From NCBI GenBank assembly GCA_002633005.1, contig NMRA01001184.1, positions 1-42,250 on the forward strand: a stretch of DNA of 42,250 bases. Direction: 5' to 3'. The position numbers and the translations under genes were made by a program. The notes beneath the pieces were generated by a model that was not told the origin of the DNA, searched no databases, and worked only from the letters and a program-made list of their open reading frames with translations. Positions within the stretch are counted from its first letter, which is position 1. Every line of letters begins with the position of its first letter. Positions 12,975-24,378 of the stretch are shown here, piece after piece. Origin of the DNA: Phoronis australis (lineage: Eukaryota; Animalia; Phoronida).

Positions 12975-13111
12975 AGTACTGAAAAAAGTGGGGGCTATAG
13001 CCCCCAGCCCCCTTGTGGTGCACCGACCATAGACCATGGGCGGCCTAGCATTGAAAAAAGTGGGGGCTGTAACCCCCCCTCCCCCCAGCCCCCTATGGTG
13101 CGCCGCCCATG
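12975..13111. mobile_element. Tiny G/C-tract MITE remnant(s)
   Basis: catgggcggc (13035) ... gccgcccatg (13102-13111) inverted ends; the motif tgaaaaaagtgggggct...cccagccccct.tggtgc.ccg.ccat occurs twice in tandem. Confidence 0.55.
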
Positions 13112-14332
13112 TATCCGAAGACTCTTGATAATGCGGACTATTCGGACACACTTTCAAATTAATGAAATATGATTAAAAACATGCGATGGACAATCTGTTG
13201 TTGCAGTAGGCTTGCAAAAGATTTCCGCCTTATTGGTTTTACGCTTGTGACACTTGGTAACGGTAACTATATCAGGTGTGGCCAAATTGTGTTTGCCATT
13301 GGACGACCGAATTCATATTGTCGCAAAGTTAAGACAGAGTGTTCAACTGACCAATGCTTTCATCTTTCCAGGAAAGTACTGTGTCTAATCATGGGTGACG
13401 TAAGGAACTTTGGGTGAAATCGTCAAAATATGGTTTAGTGCATTTTATTTGTGTCCTGTTGACCCTTCTGTTTTAACACGTTATTAATTAAAACACTGAA
13501 GTATAATTGGCCCAGTACAGACTGTTGACATACAGTGTACAGGCGCAAACAAGTAAATGGCTAGTTCAAGTGTTTAAAACTTGGAATCTTAGAGGCTGAT
13601 TCCAATTTAAAAGCACCAATTTCATATCAAAAAATCATAAAACAACCCCACCTGTTGATCAGGTGTCAAACTACAACACAGGCAAACACTGTCTGACGAT
13701 ATGTTATTTAGCCGATGTCGAGTAAATTACTAAGATTTATTCGTCGATACATGCTACGTAAGATTGGGAAAATCAGTTACAGCACTCAGTCTTCCTCCTA
13801 TGTGTTTAGTGTGGAAAGTCGTCAGATATTGCTGCTCGTTTTCAGGTGAATTATGATATACATGTAATAAGGAATGGCAAAGCGTTGCATTTGTAGAGGT
13901 TGTAACAATTTAGTATTTGTGACAAAAGTTTGTTCAAGAAAGTTGCGTATTGGTAGATATGACACACTGACGTCTTGTACGTTCATACGTCACATTCATG
14001 AATTCGATTTTGTTCTATTATTCTTTAAGTTTTTTAATTGGCTATTCGTCTGCGCTGGCCCGGTACGTAACGCTCCTCATTTAAAAGAAACTTACAGCGG
14101 GATATCTTAGATAGAAATGGTGTATTTTCGCTAAGATTTGCCAGTAGAATTCATATGCGTATCTTCTCCCACCTATTCTTACAGTAGCGGCCATTTTGTT
14201 CGTGTACATGTACTTTAGTAAGCTCGCGTGCTAACGAAACACTGTTTTGCTCTGAAAACCATATCTCGTATGATTTATCCAACTTTGTGAAAACTGTCAC
14301 TGCCAAAAGCACCTATGAATAGGTATACTCAC

Positions 14333-14379
14333 CATAGCCCAAACTGCGTCGCACTCTGCCTTGGTGGCCTGTCCATCGC
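14333..14379 (-). CDS. EF-hand gene copy B, exon 4 (GDGQATKAECDAVWAM)
   Basis: ttttgtttacag acceptor and gtgagt donor on the minus strand; 47 nt; completes loop DVNGDGQATKAE. Confidence 0.85.
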
Positions 14380-16192
14380 CTGTAAACAAAAGAGTATTCG
14401 TATGTAGAGCTCTGGTGTCGACCATGGTTAGGGCCGGTGACTAATTTACTCATTCTGCTCGCACCGGTCACTTAAAGCGACAATTCACAAGCCTGCCATT
14501 TCATAAAGAATTTTCAAATAATAGGCACAGTTGCACACCAAAAGTGACCTCGATGTCACGACTGTATTCATTTCGTTTCTATGCAAATTGGCAGAAATTT
14601 TGAAGGCGATTGGCAGAAGCTATGGCGGAGCTTTAAAAAGGTTGAATAAATTTTGAACCCTCCCAAACTGTGCGTCTTTCAAGCATATGTTTCGAACCGC
14701 AAAATACGAATACTTTCGCAGTGACCACCGCGGGCATCACCCAAAGTTCCAAACCATAGGCAAAAAGCTTACAAATACGGTCCCCAGTCCACAAAAAGGT
14801 TAACTGAAATTTGTGGAAGTACGTCGTTTTTTGGTTTTTTCATGTACAGGTTGCATTATAGACGGGCTGCACTCTTTGACAATACTCAGAATGCTATAAA
14901 AATAAGTTTTGCCAATAACTTCTTCACTAAACATCACAGGTAGGTATGTTTTCATGATTAGTGATTTAATGGTGTTAATTTCCAGGTGCAAACATCATAA
15001 CTTATATGCAATGTTTTGGAAATTAGGGTCACAGTCATTTAACCCTGATATAAGGTCAAAGGTCAAATCAAAACACGACAAGTCGAACAGGAACAGTTAA
15101 GAACATTCATGGTGAATGTCGATCGACTGGAAATTCTGTTGGTATTCTGGAATCCAGACTATATTAACATTACTACAGCTTTCTGTACATCTCATAAAAC
15201 ACATCTTGGCATAACTTGACATAACTTGAATTATAATTCAGGGATAAAAGCGAGTTCTGCCCACATTTCACAATAATATTCAATTTGAGGAGGTAAAACT
15301 TTGTTTTTCTGATAAAATATCCACAATTCCGTAATTCAACCATATGCAATAATTATCAGAGCCGTGTACAACGCAACATTTGAATCAGAAAAAATGCAGA
15401 AAACAAGAAAAAAAAATCAAGACAATTTGAAAAGTATACGAATCAGATAATTGTTTACTAAAGAAACGACCAAATGGCCTTGTTTTTGAGAAGTACTCCA
15501 TGCATGATAATAGAGACTGTATTTGAAACAAAACAAAGATTTATATCAGGCCTCTGAGAACCAGTATGGTCTGGAATACGAGCTAAACGTTAGTTAGTGT
15601 AATGGACGGTGCCAAACGCCGATGGGCTGAACATAAAAGAACTCTGCAGTAAAGCCGTTAACCAACCAAGGGTGAATGCCGTAGCTACTGCAACTGGATA
15701 GCAAATGTAATCCATTTAAAACGACGCCTAATTTTCAATTTTAAAACGTTGAATTTTTCAATTAAAGAACTAGACACGGAATTTTAATTTTTGATGCCCT
15801 GGCATTTAATAACTTGTACCGGACTATTTTCGGCACACAGATTTCAAGATTTTGCGCAGACTGATTACCTAAATGGCAAACCAAAGTGCGCGACCAAAAA
15901 CTTTTCTTAAGACTCGACTCGAAAATTAACCAATTACATTACATGAAGTTGAAGAAATACTCAAGCCGAATATCCAGCACAAGGAAGGATGGCGTAACGT
16001 TTGTTCACAAAAACCTAAAAAATCTCAAAAGAATTTTGGAGCAAGATCTCTCATATATTGCATTCATAAATTCTAGTATAGCGGCATCAGCTGAGCTGAC
16101 GTGCGCTACATATACGTGAGTGAGTCTGGGTCGTGACCTTGTGAGTTAGGCGAGAACACCTAAGTGCTCGCAAGATATCGTTATTCATTACA

Positions 16193-17207
16193 CAGTGGCG
16201 GATCTAGGATATCACAAGGGGGGGCTAACATTTTGTCCGGCTGTAAGCATTTGCGCAAACCACGATTGTAGATGCGTATAACACCAAATGGGCGAATGGG
16301 TTTGCCCCCCTCCCGCCTAGGAAAATTTTCTGTTTTTTCCTCTAAAAATCAAGCATTTTTCTTGATTTCTGAAGTATTATCCAAGAAAAAAAGACAAAAG
16401 AAAACACGGAGAACGTGTCAAACAGGAAAAATCGCACGCACTACAAACTTGAACTCACGACCTCGCGAATAGAACGCGCGTGCTTTACCACTACACCACC
16501 ACGATTTAACTATTAATCTTGTGCTAAGAGACCTACTTGTTTGTGGTCCACAGCGTTTGCGCGCAAAACCTACTTCTTTTTGTAATGCTTATTACACGTT
16601 TTATATTTTGTGCAATCGGTTCTTAACAAATTTGTTGTATTTAAAATAGTCTTCAAATGCGCAAAAGACCAAATCCGTTTTTCGTGTTGGCAATAATGAC
16701 GGGATTGCTTTGGAAATGGTCTTAAGTTAAGGTTTGACAAAGAGAGAATTATGAGTTACTGAGTTATTCACCAAGGCTTCGATTAAAATTCACATCTTAC
16801 CAGCAGTTTCTGTTTTTTCATGATCGTCACTCAGGTTACATTTTCTTTAAAACATGGAGTAAATTTTCTTCATTGCACAGTGGAGCAGACGACGGAAACC
16901 GAGTCGTAGTGCGCAGCGCCACTGCCGGTCGCCTGGGATATCACGGGAGAGCTTATACTTAGCCATAGATTAGTTCCCTTACGAATGCGCCGTGTTCCGA
17001 ATTTGACACTTGAAATTGGATCTGAGCCCCCCCCAAACACTAAAACTGCACACATTTAAATCTTGTTTCATCCGTATAACTTTAATTACCGGGGTTAATC
17101 AATAAAGTTAACTCAACATTTCCCTACGTTCTTGCTGTTTTATTTTTTTGCGGCAGCCAAGGGGGGGGGGCTGCGGTGGGCCCCCTGCCCCCCTAAATCC
17201 GCCTATG
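16193..17207. mobile_element. Non-autonomous DNA transposon (CAGTGGCGGATC-type TIR) with 5-bp TSD TTACA
   Basis: Ends cagtggcggatctagg / cctaaatccgcctatg, with ttaca at 16188-16192 and 17208-17212. The empty site is visible in copy A (~2740-2760). Confidence 0.85.
16445..16503 (-). ncRNA. tRNA-derived (SINE-head-like) fragment inside the DNA transposon
   Basis: Minus strand reads gtggtggtgtagtggtaaagcacgcgcgttctattcgcgaggtcgtgagttcaagt, with A-box- and B-box-like motifs at tRNA spacing and no acceptor-stem 3' end. Confidence 0.5.
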
Positions 17208-17285
17208 TTACAAGCGGAGCACGGTGATCTCACAGGCTGAAATTCGCTGAGAGAACTTTGCGTTACGGAACGGGTCCTGTCTTAC

Positions 17286-17450
17286 CATTAACGTCAAATT
17301 TGGTGAAAACTCCAACAATTTCGTCATCGCTCAATTCATCGTTGTTGTCCTTGTCAGCTTCGTCAAACACAAACAGCGACTCTTCATTGCTCATGCCACA
17401 ATAAGCGGACCAGGATGCCATGAACTCCAGATTGGTCAAAATCCCATCCC
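17286..17450 (-). CDS. EF-hand gene copy B, exon 3 (GDGILTNLEFMASWSAYCGMSNEESLFVFDEADKDNNDELSDDEIVGVFTKFDVNG)
   Basis: tcattttag / gtaaga splice sites, 165 nt open, loop DKDNNDELSDDE; lies inside supplied ORF 17263-17511. Confidence 0.9.
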
Positions 17451-18157
17451 CTAAAATGAATGCAACACGAAAGGCATGAAATTGTTGTGGCGTTGTTATC
17501 GATGACAGCAATACTTGAAGAAGACAGTGACGATGTTGATAACGATTAAGATTACGCTATTGGTTCCTCATGGTGACGATGACGATGATTGAGGTTTACA
17601 AATAATGGCAATGGCGATTACGATGATGAGGTGTGCATTAAATCACCGTTCATGGCAGTGAAAAGAGCTAGTAGAAAAAGAACTTTATTGACAACAGTCG
17701 GATTACATTGCAATAGTCAACAAACCTGCCTTCTGTCGTAAAAACAATAGCTTTTTGACGTATACCATTTTCATTAATAAACTTGGTCTCGACTTGTACC
17801 TTAATTAATTGCTCAGATGAGATATGATTAGCAGGCTAATATTTCAACGAAACAGACACTTGTCTAAACAACAAATAATAAAAAGTAAAACTCTTGTGCA
17901 CGTGCAGATCTCCACGAGGGGAACGTTCACCGATCGTTGCGAATAACATTGAAAATAAAAAATGACTTAGATGTATGTCACATTCTGTGATTGACCTATT
18001 TTTTTGCGTATGGCACGTAATGCAGTGCCAAGCCGTCGGACCCATGTGACATTTTGTAGCGGTGATTTCGATTAGGCGAATCGTAGAATATTTTTCTCAA
18101 ACAGACGAAAACTCTAATCAAATTTAAGTTTAATAATATTATGCGTAAATAACTTAC

Positions 18158-18264
18158 CGTTGATATCAAATCGATAAAAGGTGCTTCTGAGCTCAGGCAA
18201 ATCGATGACGCCGTTGCCACCGACGTCGACCTTGGCAAAACACGTGTCGCCATCAGAGTCGCCC
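18158..18264 (-). CDS. EF-hand gene copy B, exon 2 (GDSDGDTCFAKVDVGGNGVIDLPELRSTFYRFDING)
   Basis: gatatttag acceptor and gtaagt donor; 107 nt, phase 2/phase 1. Contains loop DVGGNGVIDLPE and joins exon 3 to give canonical DINGDGILTNLE. Confidence 0.88.
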
Positions 18265-18290
18265 CTAAATATCAAAAAACATATATAGAA

Positions 18291-21050
18291 CAGAGGCGGA
18301 TCTACGGGGGGGGTTCAGGGGGTTTAAACCCCCCCCCCTCGGGCCAGGACCCAAAAATTAAAAAAACAAAAAACAAAACAAAAACGCCTCCAGCAAAACA
18401 AAAACGCCGGCACCGCCAGCGTGTGTAAACCCCAAGTAAACCAACCTGGAAAAAAATGAGGGGGGGGTTCACTCTGAAAATATATTTTTTGCATTGTGAA
18501 TTGCTGTTATGAAAATCAACTCGTTTCGAGTCTTCGTGGCTCATCGACAAAACCCCGGAGATCAATTGTGCGCGCGCTTCCGACGACACTTCTGAAGTAG
18601 CCAAGCATTTTAGATGGATCCACCGCTGAAAGAGCAGCTCTATAGCTGATTTCTTTAGATAACTAGCTTCTTTACTCTAAGATATGTTTTGATTTGATTA
18701 GGGAAATACTGTGGTGCCCCAACCCTGATATTCAGGCGAATTGACGTGCAACGTTTTTACCTCATCTGTCATGCCGTGTCATCGTATTACACCCCACACG
18801 TTTGAAACTCGAATTTGAGTGGTGTACAGTAAAGTTGTCTTGCGCAATATCATACGGTGTACATGTACATGTAATACTTTTGAAAAAAACTTGTTTTCCG
18901 AAGAATTGCTATTGTGGCGGGCGCCGTGGTCTGGTCGCGAGTCTGTTTGAAGATGCACTCTAACAAGTTTTGTCTATACAAGGAATGACCAAGGGGGCAC
19001 TCACATTGACAAAGTGACCGCATTCGCGAACAGTTTACAGTACCAGAAATTGCGGGGAGCCTGTATTTTCACAACAAAGTCTTGCGGGACTCGTGCGATG
19101 TTCAATGGGCCTCCTAAGGAGCCCTAGTGCCGACCTCAACACCTACCGTCTTTCTACCTGCAATAAGCACCACTGCCGTTTTCTATACTGGGAATTTCCG
19201 CAGAAAGGCCCAACCGACGAAACGCCCATGCTCATGGGCATTTATTTGATGTTTGTACTTCGGGTTTCAAGCGTTCAGACACTGGGACGTTTATTTCGAA
19301 AATTGCAAGAGATGCAAATGGGTCCTGGGATACATCGTCAAGGTTTGAAGTAGTCCATGATGAACGGATCAAATTTAGTTGCGCATGCTGTAAGTCTTTT
19401 GAATGGACTTGGTAACCTCAGGGGGCTTAGTGCCAACTGAGCTGCGAAACGAGATGCTGACATTGTAGAGGCGTACAAGCTCATTGACACAGCAGTTGAC
19501 GAAGTGCAAGCGTTGGGAACAAACGTCGAAGATGTCTGGGTAGAATGGTTCCAAGAGCAGCAAACCATTGGATCCGATATACAGATTCCTCGGCAGTCCA
19601 GACAACAGCAGGATAGGACTAACGTTCCTGGAGAAATACCTACGTAATAAGTTATGATTCTACACAGTTTGTACATAATGTCGGTTTTTATACTTGTGTA
19701 CAATGAAAACGAAATAGAAATTATTTTTGGTCATGCCAAATTTACCCAATACAGCAGAGGGTCTACGAGCGCACAAAAACTGATTCTGGTTTGTATTTCC
19801 ACTTGGCTCTATCTGCTTCATATCCAAAATTGATTTCACGTAGTGCGTAGTTAAATTTGTTCTCAATACTTGTTTCTTCCAGTGAGTACTACAGAACGGT
19901 GCGAAAACCCTTCCTAGACAACCTCTCGCAGCAGTTGACGACCAGATGTATAAAATACATGTATGAGCAACCACTGGGCATTAAAAAGTGTCTAGAGAGA
20001 AGTTTTCAATTCAAACTTTTTTGCATAGTACACTTTAGGTCTCGCGAGGGACCAGGCCAGCTTGATTTGTGTAGATAGTGAGTTTCAGTGTACTTCTGGT
20101 TCCTCGGCGAACTAGTCTTGTGATGTTTTTTTACCAAAGTGTGCTTTGTAAAACTATCTATCTCAGCCAGTACTGTTTGGTCCCGCCACAGATCAACTAT
20201 GTTTATAGGGATAATAAGCACAGGTGTACTTTTGGTCTCGTGACGGACCAGGCCTTTTTGTGTACTCTCAGTGTACACCTGGTCCCTCTGCGAACTGGTC
20301 CTGTTTATATTTTCACCACGATGTACAGAATGTTTTGGTTTCTTGAAACTGTTTTCAGCTGATTCGTTTCCAGATACATTTGACGTTTTTCAATTGTGGT
20401 CAACGTGATTCAGCTTAATGAAGTGATACCTAATTGTTTATTGTCGCTTTTAATAATATACTATGAGCTGAGAGCACCATCGTTTGCCAGTTTTTCTCAT
20501 AATTAGACAGAACACATGTTTATTTCCAGACTAACAGTACAGGTCTTCGTTCTTAAACAACTTGAGGCTGCTGTTACGCGATCATCTGTTATTCAATGTT
20601 TTACTCCCCGTCGGGTGCTCCTTATGCTCTTGAATATTTGGTAGTTGTCTAACCCCCCACACACACCACACTTTTTCATATACGACTTTTCGTATGCTAA
20701 AAAGGTGTGTATAAGCAGATGTTCCAACAAAAATTTTTGCTGGTGGCGTAATTCATACCCAGATGTGCACAAATATGATTTCACGAAACTTGTGAGCCAC
20801 GTTCATGCGACGAAATCGAGAAGGGTTTTAAATTATCTTAAGAAAAACTCAAGAGACATGTTATTAGTGCCAGAAACTTACCAGGATGCATGGAAATTTC
20901 ACTATTTGGCTACAAAAACAAAAAAATGGTCTTACACGGAGGGGGGAAACCCCCCTCCCGACCTCCCCCCTCTCGGCGCCACGTGCCTCGGATTCGACCT
21001 TTGCGGGAATCCTAAACCCCCCCCTTACTGAAAACGTAGATCCGCCCCTG
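18291..21050 (+). mobile_element. Degraded hAT-superfamily DNA transposon (PRKRIR/ZMYM1-like transposase), 16-bp TIR, 5-bp TSD TAGAA
   Basis: TIRs cagaggcggatctacg / cgtagatccgcccctg, with tagaa at 18286-18290 and 21051-21055. 19441-19647 translates KRDADIVEAYKLIDTAVDEVQALGTNVEDVWVEWFQEQQTIGSDIQIPRQSRQQQDRTNVPGE. A C-terminal-like KYDFTKLVSHVHATKSRRVL lies near 20770-20830. The site is empty in copy C. Confidence 0.85.
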
Positions 21051-21055
21051 TAGAA

Positions 21056-21680
21056 ATATTGCAATAAGATCTCTTGTACACTCCGGTCTAACAGGACGGA
21101 CTAACAGATTGGCTAGAATAAATATACGAGGATGGCGCGTCCTTGATATTAAGAGTGGGCGACTGCCGAGAGGCAGTTTTCACGTGCGCTAACTGCAAAG
21201 CGATCCGAAGATGTACATGTATATGTAGTTTTCATTAAAACAAAACACGAAGAGATGAGATAAAACATCGTAGGTAATGGCAATGCAAAGGAGAATATTA
21301 AAAATGCGAATGGCATAACTCGAGAAACTAATACTAGTGGGTAACAAATGAACACGTCACAGATCAGTGCAGAAAAGAAGCGCTGGAGATCTTTGTTCAA
21401 TTAATGCACGCCTTGTACACAGCTGCAAATCATAAACATCAGGACTACTTTTGGAGACTTCACAGCACAGAACGCTTACAAGCTGATGGTAATATTACAG
21501 ACAAATTAATTCTCGATATCCATGGATTGACCAGATAGGTACATGTACAAAAAGCGCTCGTGATCCGTCCATTCAAACATCTGGCGAACTTTAAAATTTC
21601 CGTCTTAAAATAAATACCTGACCGCGGCCTTCCGCCATGAAAAGAGGATTGCTAAATAGCAGTGTCCGCTGAACTTTAAG
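21056..21680. repeat. Copy B intron 1 segment, inverted partner 32060-32955
   Basis: For example attacagacaaattaattctcgatatccatgga (21494) vs tccatggatatcgagaattaatttgtctgtaat (32494). Confidence 0.85.
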
Positions 21681-21705
21681 CTTGTGGTCTGGAAATAATT
21701 CTTAC

Positions 21706-21752
21706 CATGCGAACACAGCGGCAACAAGGGAGAGGAAGATAACACACTTCAT
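21706..21752 (-). CDS. EF-hand gene copy B, first coding exon, signal peptide (MKCVIFLSLVAAVFA-W)
   Basis: gtcATGaag start, hydrophobic core ending VFA, and a TG|gtaaga phase-2 donor that matches the phase of exon 2. An acceptor (ttttgtttcag) 8 nt upstream of the ATG implies a non-coding first exon. Confidence 0.85.
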
Positions 21753-21848
21753 GACGGTAGCTGAAACAAAAGGCATTTGTACACAATTGTGTTTCCAAAG
21801 TGAGAGTTTCAATACCCGTTTTAAAATCAGTGAAACCGTCCTCCTTAA

Positions 21849-23298
21849 AAGGGAACTGTATTTTATTCTGAATAAATTCTGGATAGTTTTCTATGAATTG
21901 TTGATTAATTTCACAAATAATTCAACACCAAAAATTAAACTTATGTTCTCTAACGAAGCTCAAAAAATTACCGGCTTGGAGCGCTGCTTAGTCCCGTGAC
22001 GTATTTGGCGGGGGCAAAGTCACTGTCCTGTGTTAGCGTGCAATCAAGTAGCGTTTTTTATATTGTCGGAATAAGAAATTTTAGTGTGAAATTTCGGGTC
22101 ACAAGGGATNNNNNNNNNNNNNNNNNNNNNNNNNNNNNNNNNNNNNNNNNNNNNNNNNNNNNNNNNNNNNNNNNNNNNNNNNNNNNNNNNNNNNNNNNNN
22201 NNNNNNNNNNNNNNNNNNNNNNNNNNNNNNNNNNNNNNNNNNNNNNNNNNNNNNNNNNNNNNNNNNNNNNNNNNNNNNNNNNNNNNNNNNNNNNNNNNNN
22301 NNNNNNNNNNNNNNNNNNNNNNNNNNNNNNNNNNNNNNNNNNNNNNNNNNNNNNNNNNNNNNNNNNNNNNNNNNNNNNNNNNNNNNNNNNNNNNNNNNNN
22401 NNNNNNNNNNNNNNNNNNNNNNNNNNNNNNNNNNNNNNNNNNNNNNNNNNNNNNNNNNNNNNNNNNNNNNNNNNNNNNNNNNNNNNNNNNNNNNNNNNNN
22501 NNNNNNNNNNNNNNNNNNNNNNNNNNNNNNNNNNNNNNNNNNNNNNNNNNNNNNNNNNNNNNNNNNNNNNNNNNNNNNNNNNNNNNNNNNNNNNNNNNNN
22601 NNNNNNNNNNNNNNNNNNNNNNNNNNNNNNNNNNNNNNNNNNNNNNNNNNNNNNNNNNNNNNNNNNNNNNNNNNNNNNNNNNNNNNNNNNNNCAATTTTA
22701 CTAGCACCAGCCGATGAACGATCGCTAACATTTCCAACACCGGTAAATACAGAAGTTAGTTTACTCTAGGAACCTGTTTCCTAGGTTTACTCAAGGATGA
22801 CTTAGTTTTAATGACATTTATTTGAGTCAGATTTTATTTGCACATTTTTTACCCATATCGGCTTAAACCTGTAGGCCTATATCTAGTATACACTGAGCTT
22901 TGGGCCAAGGCTTGGGTAACCCGGCGATGGTATGCGATGACCATCCCTTTTGAAGACGCCTTTTTCGAAGAGTTTGAGCAACCAGGTGCCATACAAAAAG
23001 GCATAGCGAACCTTTTACAGCACTGTGGCAAACAATAAAAAAATAAGGACGATTGATACAATGATAAATTACGATGTAAACTCTTCAAATATGACATAAG
23101 CAATGAATGTGCAAAGCAGCCGATACCCCGTCGTTCACGTCACTGACACATCAGCTAATCAGCGATGACTTTCAGAATTCAGTGTTTTGACCATGAATTC
23201 GAATTGGCTTTTGTTTGGCACGCAAGTCAGGCAAATGTGAGTTTTATTTGTATGTTAGAACCGATTAACTGCAACATTATTTTGACTACAGTCCCCTT
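21849..23298 (-). mobile_element. Kolobok-like non-autonomous element with THAP-domain remnant, TTAA TSD
   Basis: ttaa|aagggaactgta ... tacagtcccctt|ttaa; minus-strand 23004-22920 reads MPFCMAPGCSNSSKKASSKGMVIAYHR (THAP N-terminal motif). Spans the N gap. Confidence 0.65.
22110..22692. other. Assembly gap (583 N)
   Basis: Run of N; ORFs 21996-22769 and 22099-22740 are artefacts of it. Confidence 1.
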
Positions 23299-23529
23299 TT
23301 AAGGTATAAAGCCTATAACGGGATCCGCACACTATGTGAAAGTGTGCTACTAGTCAGTTGTCATGCAGGTTTTTCGCTTTGTAGCGAAAGTTTCGTATAG
23401 TGTGTGGCGGAAATTCCAATCGTGAAGAAACTGTCTCACTCCATTTTTACTGCAAAAGTTTCTCTGGAACGAGATGAACAGACTAAATTACATTGAAAGT
23501 GGTTCTCTGCCACTGAGACAGGTATGTTT

Positions 23530-24378
23530 AGGGTTTGTAAAGATTGTTTAACTTCTGTTGATATCAAGGCATTTTCTTTCAGTGTCAAATTTCAAAATAA
23601 CCGTCTGTCAACTGCTCGCCACTTCATTCGTTGATTTTTCTCCCACAAGGCAAAGGACATCTCCTGGTTTTGCTATAGCAAGCCAGATACGTAGCACATA
23701 TCTCTTTTATGGTAAATGTGACCTTTGACCCTAAACAACTTCAAGCAACCGACTGTGAACACATGCACACATTTATCATAAGTGGGAGGGATATTAGAAA
23801 CTCTGTGGTAACAACAAAGTTTTTTCCTTTGCGCGTATTTCAAAAATCGTGAATTTTGTCATTTTTTCTGGAAATTTGACCACAGGAAAAGTGAATTACT
23901 ACACATTGCCAAATGGCACTTTCGTCAGGAATTGCTTAAATATTATTTCGACGAGCTTTGCGCTCCAAGCCTCTTTAATGTGCGCCAATCCCCAGTTGAC
24001 CAGGGCTTTCTTGCAGTGAAAGCAAGTAACAACACGTGCTGCGATTGAAATATACATGTATAGCACTTTACCACAAAATCTAGTTTCTGAACAGAAAACA
24101 AAAAAGTGTATACAATCGATTTTGTTCAAAATTCCATTATCAATCGAACTAGTTGAAAATCCGAGTATGGAACAATAAAAACACAATTTCCAGGGATCCA
24201 ATTAAGGTGAGTGATTTGGGTTAATGAACCCGTGGATTGAAACAGTCTGTATTCCTAAACCGCGTTGACATGGAAATGTAGTAGAATCATTTCTAAACTC
24301 TATTACACTAGCCTCAATAAATTAAGCGTTTAGGTTATTCGTTTCTCCTGCCATCTGCAGGTAAGGTTGCAGCGTTCG
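23530..24378. repeat. ~850-bp inverted repeat arm (upstream region of copy B; partner 31181-32055)
   Basis: For example tctttaatgtgcgccaatccccagttgaccagggctttcttgcagtgaaagcaagt vs 31543-31600 reverse complement; gccatctgcaggtaaggttgcagcgttc vs gaacgctgcaacctaacctgaagatggc. Confidence 0.85.

Larger units (their letters stand above)
11426..17835 (-). repeat. Right arm of long inverted duplication (partner 2140-6597)
   Basis: Reverse-complement collinearity with the left arm, interrupted by copy-specific insertions (e.g. 16193-17207, ~12740-13640). Confidence 0.9.

Noticed and set aside
21617-21690. Alternative signal-like exon (YLAILFSWRKAAVR|gtattt) conserved in B and C
   Set aside because: No ATG and a weak donor; the true signal exon at 21706-21752 has an ATG, a strong donor and the correct phase.
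21996-22769. Longest ORFs in the track (257 and 213 aa)
   Set aside because: They consist almost entirely of N-gap codons.
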